The notes: generated by a model from the letters alone, not told the origin. DNA of 64,000 nt from Octopus bimaculoides (GCF_001194135.2 NC_068984.1:38272825-38336824), one strand, 5' to 3'. Positions 36,110 to 48,049 are shown, numbered from the stretch's first letter. Made by a program: numbers and translations.

Positions 36110-36470
36110 GTGGTCCTTTGTGATAAGAAGCTTGCCAACCACATGGTTCTGGATTGAGTCCCACTGCATGGTACCTTGGGCAAGTGTCTTCTACTATAGC
36201 TTCAGGCTGACCAAAGCCTTTTGAGTGAATATGGTAGACAGAAACTGAATGAAGCCTGCCATATATGATATGTGTGTGTGTGTGTGTGTGTGTATGCATG
36301 TGTCTTTGTGTTTGTCCCCCATCACTGTTTGACAACCAGTGTTTGTTTGTTTATGTCCCTGTAACTTAGCAAATCACTAGGGTTGATTCATTTGACTAAA
36401 ATCCTTCAAGGCAGTGCCCTAGAATTGCTGTGGTCCAATGACTGAAACAACTAAAAGATAAAAGCTATAA
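36110..36470 (+). mobile_element. SINE family A with non-RTE tail
   Basis: Same head (ccttgggcaagtgtcttct), tail ending gactgaaacaactaaaagataaaag. Confidence 0.85.
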
Positions 36471-36939
36471 ACATACATACGTACATATATAGTGTAAGAG
36501 AAAATTCAATATTGGATGTCGATCTATAAAACTTAACTAAATTCTTTAGATCAGAGCTCTTTCTATCTAAGTTTCTGATCTAAAAAGGTTTAAGATATGA
36601 TTATATTTTAACTTAAGAATACATTCAGAGTTATATCAGATACTACTCTTTCCACAACACTAGTTATGGAATAATGTATTAGGATTAGAATAAATAAAAT
36701 AGAAGTATTAATATAATGCTTTTTGCTTATTGTGTTCATGTTGCCGTTGTTTTGCTTTTAATCTGGAAATTCTTGTGTTTGTTTTAGATTATATTATTGT
36801 TATTATTTTGGTATTGTTGTTATTGCTGTTGTAGATTTGTAGCTTTGAGCTTATCTATTAGATGATGCTGTGATGCTTTCTTACAATGAGGGGGAAAGTA
36901 TCCACAGCAGCTGAAGTGGAACAAATGATATTATATATA

Positions 36940-37090
36940 CTGAGTTGCTCAAAGTGAAAGGTACCTGTGGTTATGAGAGACCAAGTAAGACTTGGGATGA
37001 GACAGTGAAAAATGGTCTCAAGATGTTACATCTGATGAAAGAGATGAGTGAAGACCATGTTATTTGGTGATGTGTGATGTCACATAAGAG
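36940..37090 (+). mobile_element. RTE LINE C-terminal fragment
   Basis: KVKGTCGYERPSKTWDETVKNGLKMLHLMKEM matches the GTCGRGRPRKTW motif. Confidence 0.7.
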
Positions 37091-37478
37091 CTGATTTTTC
37101 TTGCAGGCTTAGTGCACATACCCCTCTCTTGCCTATTGTTTTTTTGTGTGCATGCATCCCCCCACAGACCTATTTTCCATTCTATACCTTCAAATCCCAT
37201 TACCATCTTTTTTCCTAACAACTGTTGCCTAATCTGTATCCTCTAGTCTCCTTTACACATTGTGCCTCAACACTTATATTCATATTAATATTTTTCTTTC
37301 TCTTTCATAAAGTTGAAGTTTTTAAGCGATTAAAATTAACCATAAAACTGTTTTTGAAGGGTTTAGCAAACAACACAAAGAAGGTCTAAGAAATTTTGAC
37401 TTTACCAAGACTTTGTTTTGATCAAATTCCCCTACAATTTTCAATTATAAAATAATTTTGTTTCCTGCAAGCTCATCT

Positions 37479-37663
37479 NNNNNNNNNNNNNNNNNNNNNN
37501 NNNNNNNNNNNNNNNNNNNNNNNNNNNNNNNNNNNNNNNNNNNNNNNNNNNNNNNNNNNNNNNNNNNNNNNNNNNNNNNNNNNNNNNNNNNNNNNNNNNN
37601 NNNNNNNNNNNNNNNNNNNNNNNNNNNNNNNNNNNNNNNNNNNNNNNNNNNNNNNNNNNNNNN
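37479..37663. other. Assembly gap
   Basis: N-run. Confidence 1.
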
Positions 37664-37676
37664 ATTCTTTCCATAC

Positions 37677-37718
37677 TTGATCTTTCAGGTGTCAGATTTC
37701 TGCATTTCTCACATTCAT
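37677..37718 (-). CDS. Candidate 42-nt symmetric phase-1 exon (xECEKCRNLTPERS)
   Basis: Acceptor caacatttctttcaag, donor CAA|gtatgg. Phase-compatible with 37935-37964 across a 216-nt intron. Confidence 0.35.
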
Positions 37719-37934
37719 CTTGAAAGAAATGTTGATCATATGTTGTTAATTCATATATTACATACAATATAAGAAGGAATTTTAGTTACCTGACTATATG
37801 ATGTTTTACATTGTTGAACAATTGCATATAAAGTCAGATAGGATAAAAGTATGATTGAAAGTAGTCTTACTGGATGTCTGCCTGAAGTTGAATTTCCACA
37901 CTAATTATAAGCACGTAACCAAAATATAATTTAC

Positions 37935-37964
37935 CTTTGTTTCCAGTGCTCTGATCCATCAATT
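37935..37964 (-). CDS. Candidate 30-nt symmetric microexon (xLMDQSTGNK)
   Basis: Acceptor cttgtctatttttgacag, donor AAG|gtaaat. Confidence 0.4.
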
Positions 37965-38869
37965 CTGTCAAAAATAGACAAGCTTACACAGAAAAAAAGA
38001 AGTTGATGTAATATGGATATTTATAAAAAGGATGACATAAATAAAAATTAAAGCTTTATTTAACTCAAGATCACAAGTTAGACCGACAACATAGTCTCTT
38101 GTTAAAAAAAAAAAAGACTTAAGATATTTAAAATGTACACTTCGCATTAACACCTTACCTGACTTTTATCTTTTTTAGAGATTGTAATTTTTATTATGTC
38201 TCCTTTCAATTTTATCAAGGCACAAATTTGGTATAGAAAATATTACAAAATAAATTTTGTTATTTATTTAAGACAGAACTATAAGCCTCTGAATGTTATA
38301 ATACTTTTAATCTTGTAATGCTTAATTCATCAATATGCAGAAGAAAAAAAAGATTTTATTAGACTTTCAGATTATTTTAAGAGTATGTTTGAAGTAAAAA
38401 TTAAATTTTTTTTGCATATATTATATATGAATTATTCAAATGTCAACAGTTCTGCTGCAACAACCAGATATTATAATTGCTTGCATCAATAATGTTGTTC
38501 AAATGCAAATAATCATTAGAGCTCATCCAAGCTTTCAATTTTGTTGTCTTTTTCCTATAATGGCGAAGTATTTGAGGTATCAAGAAATTTTAACAAAAGA
38601 CAACTATTGTTCATCTGTTTAATGCCCTTTTTTAAAAAATATTTTCCATACTAGCATGGGTTAATAGAGGAGTTATCTGAGGCAATATGTTACTACTGGA
38701 TGCTCTTCTTGTCACCAACCTTTTCCTGTTCTAGTACAAATTCTATTTACTCTCTTCAGTTTCAAATGTGCTCAGTGGTCAGTCATAATTAAGGAATGTC
38801 AATACCATCACTGTTTTGCTCCAACTCTCTCTCTCTCTCTCTCTTTCACTCACACACACACACACACAC

Positions 38870-39032
38870 AGAGGTTTCCTGCAGTTTTTGTCTTTCAAGT
38901 TCACTTAAGGCATTCATCAGTCTGGAGCTGTATGAATAGATACCTATACAAGGTGCTGTGTGGTGGAATTGAACCTGATACCATGTGGTTCAAAGCAAAC
39001 TTCTCAACCACACTGCTATGCCTGCATATATG
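38870..39032 (-). mobile_element. SINE family A head
   Basis: tacctatacaaggtgctgtgtggtggaattgaacctgataccatgtggtt … ttctcaaccacactgctatgcctgca. Confidence 0.7.
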
Positions 39033-39859
39033 GTTAAAAAATGACTCTAAGAGCAGCAAAAATTGTTTTGCTCTAATAATATTTAAATGAAGATTTCTAA
39101 ATGAGTGCAAGTTAATCGTTTAAACACTATGCTAATTTTAATTAGTTTATTCAGAATAATGAAAAATAAGATTAAATGACTTCATCATTTGTTTATCATG
39201 TGAAAGAATTTGATATATTGGTCCTATGTTCCCTCAAACTACAGATCAGTTTCAAGTTAAGTTTAATAGTACAAGTGGTGGTGGTGGTAGCAGTTTTTCT
39301 TAATCTTTTTTTTTTTTTAATAAGCTAATCACTTTTAGAGAAGCAGTTCCTGACATTGCAGGCTCTCTCTGACTGATGACACCGGTGCATCTGATGCCCA
39401 CTTGAAAAGTTTGCAGATCAGTCTGGGTGGGAAGGGAGCTTACTTAATGCATGTAATATTAAAGGTATTCTAGCTCTGATCATCCTCTTTTTTTTTTTTG
39501 TTTTTTTTTTGCAGATAGTGTATTTTGAGTTACATTATCCAGTTATTATCTTTGTCTCTCTTCTGTTCTGTCTATCTCTCATCAACCAAATAAACTGCTG
39601 TTTTAATAATTTATGTGAAAATTTTTAGCCATGATGATCTTGTCTTTAAAATAAAATTGTTTTTAGATGTTGTGTATCTAGGACTACATTATTGAATTTA
39701 TTTTGTTTTTAAAATAGTAGGCTGTGATTTGAAGATTTGCCTGTTATTTCTATCAGGTCAAGTGACCAGATATATGCTCCTTTGCTCTTGTACTAATTGG
39801 TTGCTGTCTCTGTTGGAGAGGATGAAAGTTCAGTGCCTTTCAACAAGGATCGCCAAAAA

Positions 39860-40530
39860 AGCTACGAAGATGTCTTAGCATCACTTAGCAAGGCCTATAC
39901 CCACTGCCGACCAGCTGTCTACTTAAAGCTATATGTGGATATGGTATGTTCACACAGTTTGCATTGCTTGTCTGAAACCCTCATCTTGTCCAGAATATTG
40001 ATCTGCTGGAAGATTAATCTGGTTACACATTTATGGGCATGCAACCAGATGATACCCTCTGTCAGTCACCATAATATATTGAACATATTGTTTCTCTGGG
40101 TATCAATCGATACACTAAAGTTTCAACTTCATGCAGCAGATTTGATAGAAGCCCACAACATTATCCACCATCTTTCCAACAACTTTAGCCACTATTTTTT
40201 TTACTTCAGTATCTCTACCAACAACATAGCACCCATGACTTTCAGAAACACTCTTTCACCCTCACAATTGTTGAAGTATGGAATAAACTATCTTACCCAC
40301 AACAATTGTTAGCTGTCGGGACACTGTATCTTCCAAATTTCTTACACTTCTCAAAATTTGCTAACACTACTTGCAACGTGCCTATGCACCGTTTACTCTT
40401 TAAGATTCACTTGACATTCTCTTTTCTATCTTTTGTGATTTATTGTGTACTGTGCATGTACTTCTAGTCTTCATTGTTGTTTTTCTTTACTTGACTTATA
40501 TGTCTGCTTTCTGTCCCACTTTTAACCTTC
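39860..40530 (+). mobile_element. CR1-type LINE 3' end remnant
   Basis: PAVYLKLYVDMVCSH and IDTLKFQLHAADLIEAHNIIH resemble LLKLYKTYVRPHLEY and LDSLELRRLRADLIETYKII. Short (TTA)-like tail near 40555. Confidence 0.7.
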
Positions 40531-40779
40531 TCTGACTAGTTGTAGTGCACCTGAGCATTGTATACAATGAGCTCATTATTATATTTTATAAGACAGTGTA
40601 GTACTAGCTTCCTAATAAAATCATTAAACTCTTCAGTTGAGAAGCATACTATTTATGTTATCATATAACTACAGTTTAGCTATATCTTTCTTTACTTCAG
40701 TTTTCTCTTACCCCCACCACTCTCATTAACTAGATAAACTGCAGTTTTAATAAATTATGTGAAAATATTTAACCTTGAA

Positions 40780-41130
40780 AAGATCTCTTTCTCCTCCTTT
40801 TTCCTTTCATCTTTCTAACTTTTTCCTTCTTGTCTTTCTTTCCTTTTCTCTATCTTTTATTTTTATTTTCTCTCCTCCCCCTCTTTTCTCTTTCACTTTT
40901 TCTCTTTTCTCTTCTTTCATTCTTTCTCTTTTACCCCATGTATCTTTTCTTTCCTCTCTTTCCCTTTACATACTCTATCTTTCCTTTCTGTTTTTCTTTA
41001 TTATGTTTTCTCTTTTATTACTTCCTCACTTTGTCATATTTCCCTCATTTCTGTTTGACTTTTTTTTTCCTTTTCACTTTCTTCTTTCTCTTTTTCTCCT
41101 CATATGTATACTCCCATTCCACCCACCCTC
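40780..41130. repeat. CT-rich low-complexity tract
   Basis: Nearly all pyrimidine on the + strand. Similar tracts at ~46920-47230, 51540-52000 and 52130-52330. Confidence 0.9.
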
Positions 41131-41659
41131 TAACAGAAACAGAATAGAGAGACAAGCTCTTTAGTTATTGAAATTCAGGAAAAATTCTATCAGTAGGATT
41201 AGCTATTTTGTTGGATGGAACATGTATATTTAAACAAATTTTTCCATCTATAAAGTAAATTTCAAATTCCTCTCACTACTATTGCTGATGTCATAAGAAC
41301 AGAACATTTATAAATGAATGATCAGTTAGTTTATTCCACCACCCCTTTCATGTGTATTGCTTGAACACTGTTTGCCTCAGTCTACCAAGATAATAACAGC
41401 TTTGGTAACTAACATGCCTGATTTTTAACAGTTTGCAAATAAATGTATGTAGTTGAAATCAGATGGAACATAAAATCAATATTATTGTAAAAATATTTGG
41501 AAGAAAATTTCAAAACAACTAAAACCAATTGAATGAGGCAATTTATTATTTCTGAGTTCAAATACTGCTGTAGTCAAATTTTTATCTTTTTTTTGTATCA
41601 TTAAAAAGTAACAGTCAACTGTATTCTCCATAAAAATGTGTGATCTTGCATTTATTGTA

Positions 41660-41990
41660 GACATTATTATTATTATGAGAAGTCTTTCTTTGGTGTTTCA
41701 TGCATGTTTCTGCTGCACCACCTGGTGCATCTCCATGTTCCTGAGATCTGTATGGCATTATTTTTCTGAGGATCGTGAGAGTACAGATTCTTCCTGTTGG
41801 TATATTGCACCAATTTTTGTTATGGGGTTCAGTTTCTTGTCTCATTAGTGTGTTTTGTTGTGTGTGGTATGTGCATTGTGAGTTGTTATTTTATTGGGCC
41901 TTAAATCCTGTATTTTTTTTTTGTAGGAGTTGTTTTAGGTTATTAGGTGTTTGTTGTATAGGGTGTGTATTGTGTGTGAAAATTGTAGAT
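41660..41990 (-). mobile_element. Possible REL-type non-LTR element 3' end
   Basis: Minus strand IYQQEESVL…ILRKIM, loosely like IQK.VLLG..RILRK, followed by a short (TAA)n tail at ~41665-41678. Confidence 0.35.
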
Positions 41991-42104
41991 CAAGGACTAT
42001 GTTGTCTAGTGCATCATTCTTTTATTCAAGAAATTAGAAAGTCAAGTGACCTTGTGGAGTCTCCATCATTAGCTCATTGGTGAATATTGAATGCAGTGGT
42101 GCTT

Positions 42105-42420
42105 ACTTACTGGCTTGTATCTAACTTGCGCTCCGTCAGTTATGATGAGGAGTGTTCCTGATCATGAAATTAATGTGCAAGTGGTTGAACACTCCACAAA
42201 CATGTGTGCCCTTAATGTAATTCTCAGAGAGATTCAGTGTGACATAGAATGTGACAAGACTGACTCTTTGAATTACAAGTACAACTCGTATTTGCCGGCT
42301 GAGTGAACCAGAACAACATGAAATTGTCTTGCTCAAGGACACAATGTACCATCAAGAATTGAACTCACAATCTTGTGGTTATGAGGCAAATACCATAATC
42401 ACTAAGCCATGTGCCTTCAC
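42105..42420 (-). mobile_element. SINE family C, full length
   Basis: Minus-strand head gtgaaggcacatggcttagtgattatgg … gtgagttcaattc … tgtccttgagcaagac. Confidence 0.85.
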
Positions 42421-42892
42421 TGACTTACATCTATAGATACAATTGCTGTTAAGTATATTTGAGATTGTTCTATTTCTTATGTTACGCTTCTATTATAATT
42501 TTTAAAAAAAAGAAAAAGAGGAGAAAAATATTTCAAGTTTGTATATTAAGTATAACTAGAAGCTAGGCAGTAGAAGACCTTTTTATTTTCTCAGAGCAGA
42601 GAATGGTTTAGTTGAAACATCTTAAGGTAAAAAATTCAACTCCGATCGCGTAGACCTATGATTGAAGTTATTCCAGTTGTGACTATACAGTGTTTTTCAA
42701 CAGAAACATCAAAGGCTACATTATTTAATGTGTCCTTTTCTTATACTAAAATTTGTGATTTGAGGGAAATTTGGCTGCTCTTTTTAGTAGATTCAACATT
42801 CATATAGAAGCTTCTGTCATGGCTTATATGTAAAGAGATTATACTTAAGTGGTAGGACATTTATATTACTAAGGTTGTTAATATTTATCCTA

Positions 42893-43457
42893 TGTTAATC
42901 CTGACTCTGATCAACCTACTTTTTTTGGTTACATGTTAATCCTAACTGTGACCAACCTATTTTTTTTGTTAATCCTAACTGTGACCAACCTACTTTTTTT
43001 GTTAATTCTGACTGTGACCAACTTACTTTTTTTGTTAATTCTAACTGTGACCAACCTACTTTTTTTGTTAATCCTAACTGTGACCAACCTATTTTTTTTG
43101 TTAATCCTAACTGTGACCAACCTACTTTTTTTGTTAATCCTAACTGACCAACCTACTTTTTTTGTTAATCCTAACTGTGACCAACCTACTTTTTTTGTTA
43201 ATCCTAACTGTGACCAACCTACTTTTTTTGTTAATCCTAACTGNNNNNNNNNNCTACTTTTTTTGTTAATCCTAACTGTGACCAACCTATTTTTTTTGTT
43301 AATCCTAACTGTGACCAACCTACTTTTTTTGTTAATCCTAACTGACCAACCTACTTTTTTTGTTAATCCTAACTGTGACCAACCTACTTTTTTTGTTAAT
43401 CCTAACTGTGACCAACCTACTTTTTTTGTTAATCCTAACTGTGACCAACCTACTTTT
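42893..43457. repeat. 33-bp minisatellite, ~17 units, 10-N gap inside
   Basis: Unit gttaatcctaactgtgaccaacctacttttttt, with 31-bp variants lacking TG. Confidence 0.95.
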
Positions 43458-44750
43458 GTTTTGTATATTTGTGGTAATATTGTCCAATGTAGTATTTTTA
43501 AGACCATCGTATGTGATCTGAGATTTGGCTGTTATTTTTATTTCTAGTGTGGAGTTTTTTGTTACCTCACCCAAGCAACCATGCAATGGCTCCCTCTTTA
43601 TGTAATTATATCTTGTTGAGTAATCCAGATTAATAGTTGGGTAAATAATGTGAATGAGAAAGTTTGGTGTTTTTTTAGCTAGAAGCGTGTTTTTAACTTG
43701 TTCAGAATGGCTGAAGATGTTATGGAAATTCATAAACTGTTATTTATAATGATTTCTACTACTTCTTCACTTTCTCTTTAGTTTTCTCCTCCTTTGCCTT
43801 TTTTTTTTTTTTTTGCTCTTGTAATTATTATTACAGCAGTATACATATTATAACTGATGACTATTGCAGCATTTTCACTGTTGTAAAAATCTATCATGTA
43901 GGTCACCCAGCAGGCGATTGAAATAGGTTTTAGGTTAATGGGTTCTCAAAGGTGGTGGTGGCATTTAGTTATGTTCATTTGTGTACTAAGTTCAAATCTC
44001 ACTTCAGTTGATTTTGCTTTCATCCTTTCAGCATTAATAAAATAAAGTACGAGTCAAGTATTGAGGTCAATCTGTCTGTTCCTGTGCAATATTTCTGGTC
44101 TTTTAAGTTAGAAATCATCATTATAAAATCTAGGAAAAACTGTCCAGAGAACCATTACTCTGTAAATTGGTTGGAATTGGGAAGGGCATCCAGCCATAGG
44201 AACCATGCCAAAGCTGACATTGGAACTTGGCATAATCATCTGGTTTGCTACCCCTTATTGAACTGCCCAACCCATGCCAGCATAGGAAGCAGATGTTGAA
44301 TGGTGATGATATGTGTATGTATAACTTCATCTTTTTTCTTTGTGTGTGTGTGTGTGTGTGTTTATAGGACATGCTGCCCATTCTATTAAAGAAACATCCA
44401 AACATATGAAATGGTGCAATATTTAATGAAAATGAAAACAAAATATTAGTGAAATAACTTTAAAACATTTATTAGAAACACTAAAAGTTCTAAATTAGAG
44501 AAATATTTTTTGTTACATTATAAACAATATTTTCTGAATTTTTTTAGTGTTCTAATTGTCAAAACAGTGATAATCAATGTAAATTAGACTGGTAGGCAGA
44601 AATAACAAAGAATCTAAGTTTAAAAATGGAGACAAGAATTTGGGGAAGAGGTTACTACAGTGAATGAAAGTTGTAGAAAGTGAACTGTGGGTTTTGAGCA
44701 ATGGTTGTACTCAAAATGAACAATAAAAGGTGTTTTTAAAAGATTTATTC

Positions 44751-45130
44751 ATCATCATCATCATCGTTTAACGTCCACTTTCCATGCTAGCATGGGTTGG
44801 ATGATTTGACTGAGGACTGGTGAAACCCGAAGGCTAGAGTTTCTACAGCTGGATGCCCTTCTAAACAACAACCACTCTGAGAGTGTAGTAGGTGCTTTGA
44901 CGTGTCACCGGCACGAAGGCCAGTCAGGCGATACTGGCAACGGCCACGCTTAAAATGGTGTATTTTATGTGCCACCCGCACGAGAGCCAGTCCAGGGGCA
45001 CTGGCAGTGATCTCGCTCGAAAGTCCTTATGTATGCCACGGGCACAAGTGCCAGAAAGGCGATGCTGGGCACAGGTGCCATCCCGATTTCGCTTTCGTTT
45101 GCCCCAATAAGTCTTTGCAAGTTGAGTTTC
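44751..45130 (-). mobile_element. Young RTE LINE 3' UTR with (GAT)n tail
   Basis: catcatcatcatcgtttaacgtccactttccatgctagcatggg … with repeated gccagt/actggc modules. Confidence 0.9.
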
Positions 45131-45239
45131 ATGTTCAAAGATTTTTTGTATTTGACTGATCCAAAAGATAGTTTAGAGTTTTGGTTACATATCTAGAAAT
45201 ACTTGGAAAAGCATCATTTTATACACACATACACACACT

Positions 45240-46450
45240 TATAAGTCAGTTGAGTGGTATAATTGGATAACTGGCAGAGCATTAAACCAAATTGGCCTGC
45301 AACAGTTATGTGCTTCCCCTTTGTACTGAGTTTAAATTCTTTTGGAGTGAACTTTTCTTTCATTACGTTGGAATCAGTAAAATATAAGTACCACCAATTT
45401 GTGGCCTTGTTCCTAATTTAGAAATCATTGTTATAAAATAGAGGGCAGTGGTTGGCAGAAATAGTAGAGTGCAAGATAAAAACAGTTAGTACAATCTTAT
45501 GTTCATCACCAGGGTAATCTTTTCTTTTCTTCTAGTATCAATTAAGTAAACACTAGTCAAGTACTGGGATCAATCACGTTAAGTGCTCTACCTTCATGTG
45601 TTTTTTGTAGATAGATTAGAAATAAAACTGAGGTAGTAATGAAGAAAGGTGTTGTATTTAGTTATATTTCCTTACATTCTAAGTTATAATACTGCCAAGA
45701 TTTATTTTGCTTTCATCTTTCTGCAGCCAGTAAAGCACCAGTTCAATACCTGTGTTAGAAAATATTATTATAAGGATGGTTGAGTGTTAAAATTGATAGA
45801 TCTGTATCGATATTTAGTTACCTCACTTGACAGTCTGAGTTCTTTCATATTTTTTCCTGTGTTGATAAAACCAGTACCAGTCAAGTGAATGACTGTGCTT
45901 TGCCTCAAAATTTGTGAATTACAGTCAGTGTAAGAGATCATTCAACTATCTGATGAATTCTTTGTGGAGATTTCTTCTGTGGCCCTCTTTTGGTTAAGAA
46001 GGATTGACAGTTTTCTTCTGTCTGCTAACATTAGTTACATAGTGGACATGACTGAAAAATATAAGGAGAGAGATTTTTCTCTTCATTCAAGCCTTCATCA
46101 ACTTTTTAACATTCTACTTGGAGAGGAGGGATATTGTAGTAAATATATTAAAAGATGAGTGAGAGTAGTAGGCATGGCTTGAGTGAATGAACCTACAATC
46201 ATCATGTGTGCTTGTTGGCTGGAAACTGATAGCTGGGAAAGGGCAATGTGGTCTTGGATCCATGAAGTTTCTTTGTGGACCCTAGGTAACCTATTTTCTG
46301 AGTTCAAATCTGAGGTAATTTTTATCTTTCACTGTTCTGGGGTCAAGAAAATAAAATATCAGTGAAAATACTGGGGATGATTTAATTAAATTGCCTTTCC
46401 CATTCCCTCTTCAGAAAAATTTCTGGCATTATGTTGCCTATGTTAGAGAT
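45240..46450 (+). mobile_element. Cluster of about five degenerate SINE family B copies, same orientation
   Basis: Core variants ataagtaccacc (~45383), taaacactagtc (~45547), taaagcaccagtt (~45731), ataaaaccagtaccagtc (~45866) and ataaaatatcagt (~46351), several preceded by gagtt(c/t)aaat. Confidence 0.55.
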
Positions 46451-47320
46451 CATTATTATTAAACAGAGACTTACTGTTAGCACAGCAATCTTTCTTTGTG
46501 TTTATTGATCAACATGACAATATTTAGCTTGTGCCTTACTCTGTTCTGGTTTCCTCTTGCATAAAATACACATTTACTTTGGGTAGGTTCTAAGTGCTAA
46601 AACAATCCCTAAAGAAAATAGAAACCCACTGCTAAGTTGACTGAGCCAAATGTATTTTAACAGAATACATAGACTGTAGAATCTGATTTTGTCTAGCTAC
46701 TGTAAAACCTACTCTTGAGAAGTAATTTTCTATGTAGCATTTTTCCTTTTTTTTTTTCCTCCTAAAGCCCATTGCTATTACTGATTCCATTCCAATGCCT
46801 TGCTTCCTTCTACTAACAGACATTACTTCAAGGTTGGATCATTTCTTTTAATCCTTTAATCCTTAAATAATCTTCAGCAATTCCAGATTGAGGTTTGGGC
46901 TTAGTGTATTCACCCCACTCTCTTTCTCTCTCCACTTTTACCTCCATCTCTTCCTATTTGTATTCCATCTCCAACTCTTTTCTTTCCCCCTTTTTTCAAT
47001 ATCCATGCTCCTTTCTCTCAGGTTTCTCTCTTCTTTGTTCTTTGTCATTCTGTCTCTCTCTCTTAGCCTTTCATTCCCCCTTTTCATTTTATCCTTCTTC
47101 CCCCATTGGAATACAGTACTGCAGTTCTGGTTGACTTTGTAAAACATTCAAAATTTTCTTGCTACCTCTGCCTTCACCTCATTTTCATCCCCCTTCTGCT
47201 GCTGTTCCCTTTTCTTTTTTTCTAGTTGTCTTTTTTCTTCAATGAGGACATATTAAAAAATCAAATGTACCTAAATATTATTAAACTATAAAAAAAGTTA
47301 TGAAATATTTTTGCCTAGTA

Positions 47321-47678
47321 TAGGTGCAGGTGTGGCTGTATGGTAAGAAGCTTGCTTCCCAACCACATGGTCTCAGGTTCAGTCCCATTACGTGACACCT
47401 TGGGCAAGTGTCTTCTATTATATGAAAACTAAAACAAGTCCGTCGTGTCTCTATATTTATGTGTGCGTATCTTTGTGTTTGTGCTTTTCCCCTACCACTG
47501 CTTGACAGCTAGTGTTGGTGTGTTAACATCCCTGTAACTTTGCGGTTTGGCAAAAAAGGCCAATAGAATCGGTTCCAGGCTTTAAAGAAATATGTCCTGG
47601 GATTGATTTGTTTGATTAAAACACCTCAAAGCAGTGTCCCAGCATAGCCGCAGTGAAAAGTGACTGAACCAAGTAAAA
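47321..47678 (+). mobile_element. SINE family A with non-RTE tail
   Basis: ggtgcaggtgtggctgtatggtaagaag … caggttcagtccc … ccttgggcaagtgtcttct … gactgaaccaagtaaaa. Confidence 0.9.
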
Positions 47679-48041
47679 AACAAGAGCACTCAGTGAGCGC
47701 AAACCTCTGCCAAGGCAACACCAACGTCCTCTCAACGATTAGCCAGAGATGACTTTTAAAATGAGAATATCTGAAATAGAGTCGACTGCTCTCACAAACG
47801 AGAATACTAAAAATGAACCTGACCACTCTCAAAAATTAAGTAAAAAACGGAAAAATAATCCAGAATCCCTGTCTGGTACCGGATCGAGCCCAAAATCTAA
47901 TCGGTTTGTGCCAATCATGAGGCCAAACATCTCAGAAAATTTCATCCGAATCCATCCAGCAGTTCTTGAGATCTTGTCCACGGACAAACAAACAAACACA
48001 ACTCAAAACAATACCTCTGCCTTCGCTAAGGCAGAGGTAAT
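47679..48041 (+). mobile_element. Helentron-associated non-autonomous element (HINE/DINE-1-like)
   Basis: 5' aacaagag, sub-terminal acctctgcc (47703-47711), (CAAA)n tract, and 3' 12-bp stem-loop tacctctgcctt-cgct-aaggcagaggta (48012-48039). CpGs retained. Confidence 0.75.
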
Positions 48042-48049
48042 AAGAGTAT

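Noticed and set aside
39514-39610. Very strong poly-T acceptor
   Set aside because: No downstream donor or credible frame. Likely a by-product of a T-run.
40775-41164. F/L/S-rich 'membrane protein' ORFs (also 46888-47142, 51447-52061, 52143-52462)
   Set aside because: These are translations of CT-rich low-complexity DNA.
42893-43457. CRISPR-like array or repetitive protein (ORFs 42929-43507, 42933-43547)
   Set aside because: Contiguous units with no unique spacers, eukaryotic context, and no cas genes. The ORFs arise because the 33-bp unit is a multiple of 3.
45629-45638. TGAGGTAGTA, the first 10 nt of let-7
   Set aside because: Diverges immediately afterwards, has no hairpin, and lies in a SINE cluster.
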